DNA from: Balamuthia mandrillaris
Taxonomy: Eukaryota
Direction of reading: 5' to 3'
DNA length: 59,849 nt
Assembly (NCBI GenBank): GCA_031835245.2
Contig: JAVKOQ020000003.1
Coordinates: forward strand, 496,001 to 555,849
Below, piece by piece: positions 23,999 through 35,045 of the stretch. The notes beneath the pieces were generated by a model, which made no database searches, was not told the DNA's origin, and worked only from the letters and a program-made list of their open reading frames with translations. The first letter of the stretch is position 1; each line of letters opens with the position of its first letter. The position numbers and the translations under genes were made by a program.

Positions 23999-24884
23999 TT
24001 ACACAGGACAACCTCCTCCTCCTTTTGAAGAAGAAGAAGAGGGCGGTGGTGAGGGTTGATCCACAAAGCCTAACTTCTTGCAGTGTTCGTCCAACAAGAG
24101 CCGCATGAAGGCTGTCGTTTCACAGATCTCTTCTCGTTTCTTCCAAAGAACATCTAATCGAGACTTTCCTCTGTTGAACAAGAACACCAACCATTGTCCA
24201 ACACAATCGAATGAGCGAAGAGACAATAGAGAGAATAAGAGAATGAGCAAACGAGTCAGGGAAGCTGAGAAGCAAAGGCAGAAGAGATAAGAGAAGAGAG
24301 AGAAGAGAAAAGAGAAGAGAAAAGAGAGAAGAGAGAAGAGAGAGAAGAGAGAGACAGAAGAGAGAGAAGAGAGCGAAGAGAGAGAGGAGGTAATAACTGT
24401 TCGACTTGGTCCAACTTCCTTTGCAACAAGGCGTTCTCTCTTTGCAGCTCTCCCTCCAACCGTCTGCATGAGCATATTTTTTAGAAAAAAAAGAAAAAGA
24501 AAAGAAAAGAAAAGGAAAGGAAAAAAGAAAAACAAACCTGCGAGTGGGATGAGTAGCAGAGTACTTTTCAAGCGAGGCCATCTGTGCCTTGACCCTCTTC
24601 TGCGCCATCTCGTACTGCTCCTTCTCAAAGTCCAGCTTCTCCCTCTGGAGCGTCTGCTTGTCCTCCCCTTCCTCGTAGAACCGATAGATGCGGTCGATGG
24701 AGCGCTTGAAGAGGGCGCACTGCTGGAGGGTCGGCGGAGGGCGGTTGGGGTCGGGGACCGTTCTGGGGTCGTCCCCTTCGCGGGCCTCCTGCAGGACCCA
24801 CCCGGCGGAGTGAAGGGCGGCGGGATCCGTGTCCAGGCCCCACTCCGTCTCTATTTTCTTGATCCCTCCTCGGTCGCTACTCAT
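23999..24884 (-). CDS. Hypothetical coiled-coil protein (paralog of the gene at 23180-23704)
   Basis: Three phase-consistent exons. Motifs PTLQQCALFK ... LLLDEHCKK. Confidence 0.7.
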
Positions 24885-25172
24885 TCGATGATCCACGCTT
24901 TACTTTTTTTGTTTCCGCTACTCTTTTCTTTTATTTCTCATTCCTTTTTTCGTCGACATTCATTCTTTGCATTTCTTACTTTTTTTGGTACAAAATGTCG
25001 ACATATGAATAATTGTCGACGCCCGCTAGGAAGACCGTGCAGCTTTGCTGGACAAATGGAGCTTAAAAGCTGAAGAAATCATAGAAGGGAGCTCAAAACG
25101 TGCTTAATTTGTGTTGCATTGCACAACCAGAAAAAAATCGGCTGTCAAACAATTTTTTCGTGAAAGAAGAAG

Positions 25173-25537
25173 ATGGAGGAAGGGGAGGAGGGAGCGAAGG
25201 GCGACCGACTCGCGGAGGCTCTTCCTTCTTGTTCTTCTTGTTCTTCTCGTTGCTTTGGTGCCAAGGATGAAGGTGGTTCAACTCCGGAAGAAGAAGTGAT
25301 GAAGAAGATGAGCCCGAAGGGAGAAGAAGACCGGCTTGCCGCCTCCCGACAGCAAAATGGTGAAAGTAACACGATGGAGGGAGAGGAGGAAGAGGAACGT
25401 GATGGAACACAACAACACCAGCAACAAGAAGAAGAGGACGTCAAAAGTGTGGAGATGGCCGATACACGCTCCGCTGCTGAAATCGACGAGGAGCGTGGAT
25501 TTACCGACCACGACTTGCAGTGTTGCCTCAAAGTTTG

Positions 25538-25570
<33 letters not shown>

Positions 25571-28500
25571 TCTCTCCCTCTCTCTCTCTCTCTCTTGGGT
25601 GCGCTCGCTCACACACGCATACACAGGTGTTGTTGGCCTTTCAAAGGAACTTGCCCTTGCTCCAACAAAAACGTTACAAGGAATTGCGTGCTGCCGGCTT
25701 GTTAGTTCTCCTTCCTTCTCCCTTCTCCTCCTTCCTCCTTCCTCCTTTCTCCTTCCTCTACTTATATCTTCTGACAAAAAAAATAATAATAACAGAGTAT
25801 TCCTGGAAGGAGTGAGCAAACGTTACTTCAAAGGAATGACGCCACAAGAATACAACCACAACAAGGCACGCAAAGCAGAGCGTAAGCGCCGCAGGAAGGA
25901 AGAAGCCAAAGCTGACATCATTCGCATCAGCAAAGCCAAAATGCGACAACAAAAGCTGCGACGCTTGGAGAAGCTTATTGAGGGAGAGGACGACGAAGTC
26001 TCTCTTCTCTCGCTTCCTTCGTCGTCTTCTGCAAAGTTGTTGTTGACTGGAGGCGAAGGAGGATCCAGTTCGCAACAAGCAGATGATGAGGCTGAAGAGC
26101 TCGAAGAGGATAGGAAGAGAAAACAAGAGGATAGGGATGAAAGTAGGCTATTGGTTCCGGAAGGAGCTAGAGAGAGGAGATCCGTTTGGAGGGCTTCGGT
26201 GGATGGAGTTAGAAAAAGCAATCCAAAGAAGAAGAATAAGAGAAAGATGAAGAAAAGAAAGACTAACAGCAACAGACACGGAAAGAAGGAACTGAGCAAA
26301 AAAGAAAGTGAAGAACAAGGACGTGAAGAAGAAAAAACAACAGAAGCAGATGAAATGGAAGGAGAAGAGCTGAAAACAAGAACCGATAAAGCAACAGATA
26401 AAGGTAAAGCAAAACAACGAAAGAAACCCCTTGTTCAGAGTGATGAGAATGCTGATAACGAAGCATCATCAGAAGCAGATGAGGGTACGTTCACGCCTCT
26501 CCTTTCGTTTTGTCATGTATGCACTATTCCCAATACTTGTTTTTTGCAATATAGTACTGAGCATTCCAGAAGAATGTTACATGTGTAAAGCGATGTTCTA
26601 CCGGCTTCATCACTTTTATGACAGAGTCAGTTTCCTCATAAACAGCAGCAGTATAGCCTCACTTTAACTTACTCTGTTCCCTTTGAACAAAAAACAGATG
26701 TGTCCCGCTTGTGCTCAATTGAATTGGAAGAAACGAAACCAAAAGGCTGATTTGACCGGTCGTGTTGCTTTGGTCACTGGTGCTCGCATCAAAATAGGGT
26801 ACTTCTTTATTCTCCCTTCTTTCTACTTTGTTCTTTGTTCACCTTTGCTTTCACCTTTCTTTTGTGCAGATATGAGACCTCATTGATACTCCTGCGTTGC
26901 GGAGCACAAGTTATAGCAACGACGCGTTTTCCCAACGACGCTCTGCTGCGTTACAGCAAGGAAAAGGATTTCGAGGAATGGAAAGACAGGTTGCACATTT
27001 ACGCTCTTGACTTACGGTACTTGCACGTTGTAGAAGCGTTTTGTGACTTCATGCTTAGCGCCTACCCACGCCTTGACATTCTCATCAATAACGCCGCTCA
27101 AACAATTCGCCGGTAATTCTCTCTTCTATGCTCTTTCAGCTCTCATCAGTCAACTCACTTTTGAACGATAAATAGGCCACCAGCGTTTTATTCCCATCTC
27201 CTTTCAAACGAGTCGGTGCCTATAGAAAGTCTTCCATCCGACTTTCAACGGATCCTTTGTCCCGTTTCCCTTTTAGACGGTGCTAGACCCTGGGGAAATC
27301 ACGACATGCTGGATGCCTCTCCTGGATCCGTTCCTTTAGCGCTGCCTTCTTCTTGTTCTTCTTCTTCTTCTTCTTCTTGTTCTTCTTCTTCTTCTTCTTG
27401 TTCTTCTTCTTCTTCTTCTTCTTCTTCTTCTTCTTCTTCTACAGTAAGCTTTACAGTACCAACTGAAAAGTATGTTAGCACTATTTTACTTCAAGGCACT
27501 TCAACATCTTCTCTTTCGTCCTCTCCTTCAACGACTTGCCAAGTTCGGATAGAGGAGGTAGATCCCAACGAAGAACAAGATGAAGCTCTTAAACAACAAG
27601 AGCAGAACAACGGAGAACACGGAACGCAACTGCCTGAGATTATTCTATCAAATGAATCTGACAAAACAATGGAAGAAGAGGCAACAGCAGACCAACAGCG
27701 TAATACAAACATAGAAATGTCTGCATCTGCTGCACCTGCAGCGTCTTCCACTCTGCCAAGCATTTCAGCAAGTTTGTCTTTGGCTTCATTTTTTTCCCTT
27801 CCTCTTATTTTCGTCTCCCTTGAACTAAACAACGCAACAAAAACCACAGTGTTATCGCAAGTGGCGGTTACCAATGCAGAGCAAAACCAAAGATTCAGAG
27901 ACAAACTATTTCCACCGGGTCGCTACGATGAGCACCACCAACAGCTGGACCTTCGCAGAAAGAACAGCTGGACGATGCAGGCCGATCAGGTGCCCATTCA
28001 TGAGCTTGCTGAGGTGCACGTCATCAACTCGTTGGCGCCTTACATCCTTTGCAATCGTCTAATGCCTCTTTTGGAGAAGTCTCCAGTTGTATGTTTCTCT
28101 CTCGTTCGGGTCTTCTGCTTTCTTCTTAACTTTTATTCATAACACAAACAGAGCGACAGATTCATTATAAATGTGTCATCAGTGGAGGGTCAGTTCTATC
28201 ATCGCAAGACAACCAGCCATCCGCACACGAACATGGCCAAAGCCAGCATGAACATGCTTACGCGCACCGCTGCCGCTTACTTTGCCAAACGTCGCATTTG
28301 GATGAGCAGTGTTGATACTGGATGGTTTGTTCTTCTCGCCGCCTTCTCTAGTTCTCTTTCTAATTCTTCGTCGTTCTCTTCGTCGTTCTCTTCGTCGTTC
28401 TCTTCGTCGTTCTCTTCGTCGTTCTCTTCTCTTCTCTTCTCTTCGTCGTTCTCTTCTCTTCTCTTCTCTTCGTCGTTCTCTTCTCTTCTCTTCGTCGTTC

Positions 28501-28994
28501 TCCTTCTCCTCTCTTCTCTTCTCTTCTCTTCTCTTCTCTTCTCTTCTCTTCTCTCCTTCTCTTCTCTTCTTTCTTCTCTTCTCTTCTCTTCTCTTCTCTT
28601 CTCTTCTTCTCTTCTCTTCTCTTCTCTTCTCTTCTCTTCTCTTCTCTTCTCTTCTCTTCTCTTCTCTTCTCTTCTCTTCTCTTCTCTTCTCTTCTCTTCT
28701 CTTCTCTTCTCTTCTCTTGTTCTATCGTTCTCTCGTTCTCTCTCTTGCTCTTTCTTTTTCTCTTTTGCTTCTTTTTTTTTTCTTATCTTTCCTCCACAAA
28801 CAAAAAGGATATCGGACATGAATCCGGTGCAACGCTCAGAGAGAATAGCCAAAAAGTATGGCACGATCTTTCGTAACCCAATCGACGAGGTGGACGGAGC
28901 GGCTCGTATTCTGGATCCCGTCTTCCTTCGACTGAACGAGGGCAAGGTCGTCTTTGGAAAGTTCTGGAAGGACTACAGCGTTGCGCCTTGGTAA
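25173..28994 (+). CDS. Atypical short-chain dehydrogenase/reductase with N-terminal Cys/His motif
   Basis: Motifs [80 protein letters not shown] and GKFWKDY. Confidence 0.88.
28365..28720 (+). repeat. Intronic (TCTCTTCGTCGT)n and (CTTCT)n microsatellite
   Basis: Seen directly inside the last SDR intron. Confidence 0.9.
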
Positions 28995-29011
28995 TGGAAA
29001 AAAGTGTTTTT

Positions 29012-29432
29012 TTATTTGTCTTTCCTCTTTCCAGAAAGCTGCTGAGAGAGTTCGTCTTCTTCGAGGAAAGCGAGTTCTTCAGGGGTGGAAGTGCGGCCCA
29101 GCACCTCGTTGCGGTGAGGATACCTTCCGAACTTATCTATTATCACTTTGTGCCTTGTGTGGAGAGGAGGTGTGTTGGTCATTGAGAAGAACACCGGAAG
29201 AGGGAGAGAGAGAGAGAGAGAGAGAGAGTACTTGAGTTCGTAATCAAGAAAGGTGGGACCCATCTTCTCGAATGGAGTTCCTTTGAGGTCATCGGCGAGG
29301 GCAGTAAACTTCTCGACGGCAATCTCGTGCATCGCTTTGTCTTCCGAGTGCTCAAGCGGCTATTTGAGAGAAAGATTGTTCATGCTCATGAGCAGCAGGA
29401 AAGAGAAGCAAAGAGAGAGAGAGAGAGAGAGA

Positions 29433-29463
<31 letters not shown>

Positions 29464-29679
29464 CAGAGACAGAGACAGAGACAGAGACAGAGACAGAGAT
29501 AGAGCGAAGGAGAAAGAAGAGATGGGAGAAGGGAGAAGAGCAAACGAGATAGAAAAAGCTGCGTTGCAAGGGGGTCAGTTGCTTATCGAAGCCTTTCTCG
29601 ATACCATGCAAGGCCAACTTTAGGGATTTGTCATCATGCGCAAACGCCTTTTTGTGTGGTCGAGTTAACCTCAAGCTTA

Positions 29680-29717
<38 letters not shown>

Positions 29718-30306
29718 AACGACGAAGAGGGAACGACGAGAGAGAGAGAGAGAGAGAGAGAGCACTACAAACCAGAGGAGAGTTACGAAACATGTTTCTG
29801 GAGAATTGATCCAGAACTACAATGACGGCAAGAGCCGCAAAGGCGTCGTTGTGGGCTTGCTCACCAAACTTGCCGGCGACCACGTCCTCGTACAAAGCCT
29901 TGAACCGGCGGGTGATGTCCTGGTCCACGCTCTCTCCTCCTTGGAACCAGATCGAAAAGCGAGGGACGTCCTCCTTGCCGAACCAAAAGTCCAAGACGGA
30001 GGCCAAAGGCTCTTCCAAAGCGCCGAAAGCGGATGGAGACGACGACGAAGAAGAAGAAGACATGTTTGACTGACGACAATGATGTTGATGAGAGGATGCA
30101 AACAAACGACGGAGGGAGGAGGAGTGAGGAGGGGTGCAAAGTGGGCGGATGGAGCTCTCAAGCGCGAGGCAGCGACGGCGGGGAAAGGGTGATTGTCCTG
30201 TGCTGCGTGCTCTGTTGCTAGTTCGCGAGAGGAGCGATGACCGAAGAAAGCAAGCCGAAGAGGAAGTCGAAGCAGGAAACCGACAGCTATTTTTAATGCT
30301 GCTCAT
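29012..30306 (-). CDS. DUF924 family protein, possibly with organellar presequence
   Basis: Motifs VLDFWF, WF....VDQDI..RF, LAVIVVLDQFSRNMFR, AFAHD, FFYL|PLEHSED and IIDKFGRYPHRNEVLGRTSTPEE. Alternative start at 30063. Confidence 0.9.
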
Positions 30307-30563
30307 AACGCCTATTTCCCCGTTCAGTTCTATCATAAAAGGGCTTGAATGAATGGAAACTCTCCGTAATGCATCGGCGTTTTTCGTTACCGCCGAGAGA
30401 CTTTGAGTTACGCAAACCAATATAAACTCCCCCTTTGCTCCAGGAGAAGAAGAAGACAAACGCAAGGACTCAAGTTATTTTCTTGTTTAAAAACAAAAAC
30501 TAACAGTTTGGTTGAGCTTTGGGTGATATTATAAATACAGGAATGAATGCAGAGAGAAGGCAT

Positions 30564-31929
30564 TTAGGCAGCAGCTTCCACGTCGGACATGAGCTGATCT
30601 GTTGGTCTTTCGGCATCATCCTCCGCCTCGTACTCTTCTTCTTCGTCTTCGTCGTCATCATCGTCATCGTCGTCATCGCTGTCGTAGTCGCTGTCTTCTT
30701 CAAGAGCCTCTGTTTCTTCCTCGAGTTGCTTAAGTTCTTCCTCCAATCGTCGCAGCTCCTCTTCTTCAGCGAGACCTTCCTCCTCCAGTTGCTTCAACTG
30801 TTGCTCTTCCTCTCGAAGAGCATCACGACCTGCATCATAGTAACTATCTTCTTCTTCGTCTTCGTCGCCTGTTGAGAGAAGATAACAATGAGAAAACGAA
30901 CAGCGAAGAGGAAGAGACAATCAAAGTGGAGTAAAGAACGTCAGAATGAGAAGAGAGGGGGGCGAAAAGAGAAGAGAAAACACGAAAGCAACGAAAGAAG
31001 AATAAGGAAAGACAAAAGAACCTGATTTAGGTTGAAGGGTCAATGAAGCAGCAATCTTCTTCTTTCTAGCTTCGAACTCTTGCTTTCTGAGCTGCTCTTC
31101 ATCAACAGGGGAAGAAGAGTTAAGCAACTGCGGGAGAGACGATTGTTGCTTATCAGTTTGTCTGGTTTGAAGTTTCGCTTGCTTCCGTTTGAGCGCCATT
31201 TGTTCCTGCCATTTTGCCACCAGCTTCTTCTTGTCTTCTTTGTTGGGAGAAGAAGTGGGAGTGGTTTTTACTCCAGCAACAGCTGACTTTCGTCTTCTTT
31301 CGGAGGGAGGAGTGGAGTCGATGTGGAAAGAAACGTTTGCTTTCTTTTTCCTCGCCTCTTCTTCTGCTGCCGCTTCTGCCTCTTTCTGCTTATCGCCGCT
31401 ATTCTTCAGAGCTGGCTTTAATGCAACCGTTGTTGGGGAGAGTGGCGTTGATGGGGCTTCTTGTTCCTTCCGGGCTTTTTCTTTTTCGGCGTTTCTGTCT
31501 GCTTCTTTTTCATTTTTGTCAGTAACTTTGTTTTCCTCTTTTTTCGGTGGCTCAACAGCTGTTTTGATGGGAGTTGGCTCCTCCTGCCTGTTGTCTTTTT
31601 CCTTTTGCTTGTCGTGCAAAGGTAGTTGTTCGTTTTGTTGTTGCGGAGAGGGAACTACAGCTGCTTCCTTGGCCTTTTCTTTTTCTTGCTCCTGTTTTTT
31701 CAAGAAAGAAAGCAAAAACTTATTTAAAAAAAGGAAAACTAAAAGAAAAAAAGAAAGAAAGAAAGGAAAAATAGGTTACCTTCGGCTCGTTGGGTTTGTC
31801 CTTGATCTGCTGTTTGCGATCAGTTACGGCGGTGTTTCCGCTTTTCGGTCTTATGAACTTAACAAAGAGGAGTAAGGCGAGCCCGAAAAGGCCGCCATAG
31901 CAAAGCCACGCTCCTACACCCGAAAGCAT
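30564..31929 (-). CDS. Hypothetical N-terminally anchored low-complexity protein with acidic C-terminus
   Basis: TM-like GAWLCYGGLFGLALLLFVKF, a K/E-rich middle exon and an acidic last exon. Confidence 0.6.
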
Positions 31930-32306
31930 TGTTCTTGCGATTTTTTCTGCAATATAAAATAACAACCTCTTGTTGTAACGAAAGACACGTTTCAGCAAGC
32001 TCCACGCCTGCCGACCAAACCTTCCAACGTCTTTTTTTAAAAAAAGTCTTTTACTCAAACCTTCTCTCGCCGGCTGCCGCCAAAATTTGTATCCTTTGTA
32101 ACGCCCTATAATGATCTATATTATTCATCCAACCAAAAATCAAATATATTGTAGATCCCCGATCATAAATCTCCGAGTTTTCTCCTTGATATTCGTGAAA
32201 TTTCGTGAAGGTTCTTCTCTCCTCTCTCCTCTCTCCTCTCTTCTCGCTTGTCTTCTCTCTTCACTCTCTGCTTCTTTGTTGCTGCTTCTTCCTCGTCTCA
32301 GCTTCT

Positions 32307-32341
<35 letters not shown>

Positions 32342-32475
32342 TTGTTGAGTGAGGGCGGCAACCAGAGATCTTGAATTTGAAAAAGGAACCAAGTTATTGA
32401 GAGGAAAGAAAAATGGCAACAAAACAAAAAGAGATTCGGGGAGGAGAAAAACAAAGTTTCATCCATTGCCGGTTG

Positions 32476-32533
32476 TTAGTTCTGCTCTTCTTTCTGTCTT
32501 AAATCTGCACACAATAATTGACATCAGTGAGCG

Positions 32534-32573
<40 letters not shown>

Positions 32574-34670
32574 ACCGAATCACCGTAAGGCTCAATGAGA
32601 GGGGCAGGCTCAGCGGCATCAACAGCTGACATCATTTCCTTGTAACGCTTCCTGAGGGCAGCATCCGCATTCAATTTTCCTTTCTGGCCTCCGTTGCCCT
32701 TACCCGCCGCATCCAAACTCATCAACAACAACGTCAGTCCCAACGCCAACACTATTAGTGTTTGTTAAATTCGTGAGTGGAAACAAATAACTAAACGTAA
32801 AGGAAGTAAAAAGGAGATGTACAATACCAGCGCAACACACGAAGATCATAATGGGAATTGAGTATTTAAGATTGCTATCAGAGATGCCATCAGCGTCCTG
32901 CAAGACACCGATTATCTGCGGGAAGATAGCAAGACCAGCGTTCTGCACGGCGGTCATGGCGCCGTAGGCAGTACCCAACATGTTGGGAGCAACAAGGAAC
33001 GCCAACATCGGCCAGATGGCGGCAGCGAACATGGCGTAGCCCACGCCCAACCACAACATGATGACAACGGGGTGAATCTCAAAGAGCTCGTAGGCATTGC
33101 CGAGGAAGCACAAGTGGGCCACGATCAACATGATGCAGGCCACTGTCATCCAATACAGCGCTCTTCCGAACTTGTCAATGCAGAAACCAAACACTGTTCG
33201 TATTGTGATTAATTCCCATGAGGACAGAGAAAGTGAGGAGCGAGAACGGGAGAGCAAGAGAAGAGAGAGTACGTGTGGGAGAGGGAGGGGAAGATAAGTA
33301 AAAGTGAAATGAGGAAAGGAAGAAGACACGTACGAGGGGAAGCAATGATGCTGACAAAGTTGGGAATGGAAAGGAAAAGAGTGGCAGTAGTCTCCGAATA
33401 TTGTACGCCAGTGTGTTGCATAATATCGCTGGCCACTGTGTAGAACGTCAAAATGCCAATGTAGAAGAAAACGCAGATGAAGTAAATGATGTAGGTGGAT
33501 CCAGGGAAACGCGTGATGTGACGGAAGGAGATCTTCTCCGTTGAGACGTTGGTCTTGACCACCCATTTCTCACCTGCTTTGTCCAAGAGGCCGAGAATGC
33601 AACAAGCCGTGAAGGAAATGAAACAAGTGCCAGCTCCGAACCAAACGGCAAAGGGGACGCTGATTGTGGCGAGGGAGGGGGTGGCGGCGAAGTTGACGGA
33701 GCTACCCACTCGTGCGAAGCTCAACACAAGACCGAAAGCCAATGCCAATTGGGGACCGTCGAACCACCGTGCGGTGTATGTGTTTTGGGCCACCGTCAAC
33801 GACTCACCTTTTGGTTTACAATAAAGCAATACAATTTTGGATAAGAAAAAAGAAAAACAAAAAGAAAAAGAAAAAGAAAAAGAAAAAGAAAAAGAAGGAA
33901 TAGCAATAAAGCGAAGAAGGAAGGAGAGGAAGAACATACCGCCCAAACCAAAAACGAACCTGCCGACCAAGCATAGATAGTACTGCTGGACCTGCACTCC
34001 AATGGCGAAAAGGATTTCTCCGGTAAGGATGAACCCGCAAAAAAGAACGGCTCCGAGGCGCACTCCCGTGAAACGATCGACGATGATACCGCCAAAGAAG
34101 CAAAGAATGATGTTCGGGTACGAATAAACCGAGTATAGCGTCAAGTTTTCTTATTCGTGTTCACCAGCAATAAAAAATAAAAAAAAAACAGAGCGCGGGG
34201 AGCTCTTGTGAGTCGCTTTCTTCTTCATCTTCACGAAAGAACAGTAACACAAGGAAAACGAAAAGGAACAACGCGCGACCCCGGAGACGAAGCGGAGCGA
34301 ACAAAGAAGAGAAGAAAGAAAAGACGGAAAAGGGAGAGAGAGAGACGTACTGCTACTGGTGTAATCAGAGCCAAACCACCCCTGCAGTTGAGTGAAGAGA
34401 GCACCAGGTGTGTCGAAAACCCAATAACTGCCTTTTGTACGAAACGTGGAGGCATCAGATGAAGGAGAAGAGGAAGAAGGGGGAAAAAAGGGAGTTTGTT
34501 TGACAAGAAGCAAAAAAAAAAATGAACGGACCAAAGGTCAGGAACATGATGAACAGGAGCACCACCCAGCGGTACAACCAGCTGCACACGCTCTTCTCGC
34601 CGAGCTCTTGCGCATCCCCATCTTCCAAGTTGACGATTTTGCTGTATTCCGATTTGGTGTCCTTGTCCAT
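32476..34670 (-). CDS. MFSD1: Major facilitator superfamily transporter, MFSD1-like
   Basis: Motifs GSYWVFDTPGAL, LYSVYSYPNIILCFFGG, GRFVFGLGGESL.VAQNTYTARWF and LGTAYGAMTAVQNAGL. The 3' end is approximate. Confidence 0.88.
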
Positions 34671-35045
34671 TTTGTTTTATTTGATTGGATTGGAGGAGCT
34701 GTGCTTCAAAAATAAAATAAAATAAAATAAATAAATAATAAAAAAATGAACGAAGAGCAAATGAGGAAAGAGAACACGGAAACTTTTCTCTCTCTCTCTC
34801 TCTCTCACTCTTTTGGGTTGCTGCCTCTTTCTCTCTCTCCCCCCCTTTTTTTTTTCTTTCTCCCTCCAACGAAAAAAAACCACTTTTTTTCTTTTTCGTT
34901 TCTTTATTTTTTTTGTTTCTTCAACTTTTTCTTTTTCCATTTCCTCGTTTTCGCAGTACGTCATACATGACTAAATAAGGATAACTATGACATCACATAG
35001 TCTTAAAAAGGAAAACACGTGATACAATTGATCTTTTTTTTAATT

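Noticed and set aside
8721..30306. Biosynthetic or defence gene cluster (sulfotransferases, SDR, DUF924, methyltransferases)
   Set aside because: The genes are interspersed with unrelated housekeeping genes, with no scaffold enzyme or evidence of co-regulation.
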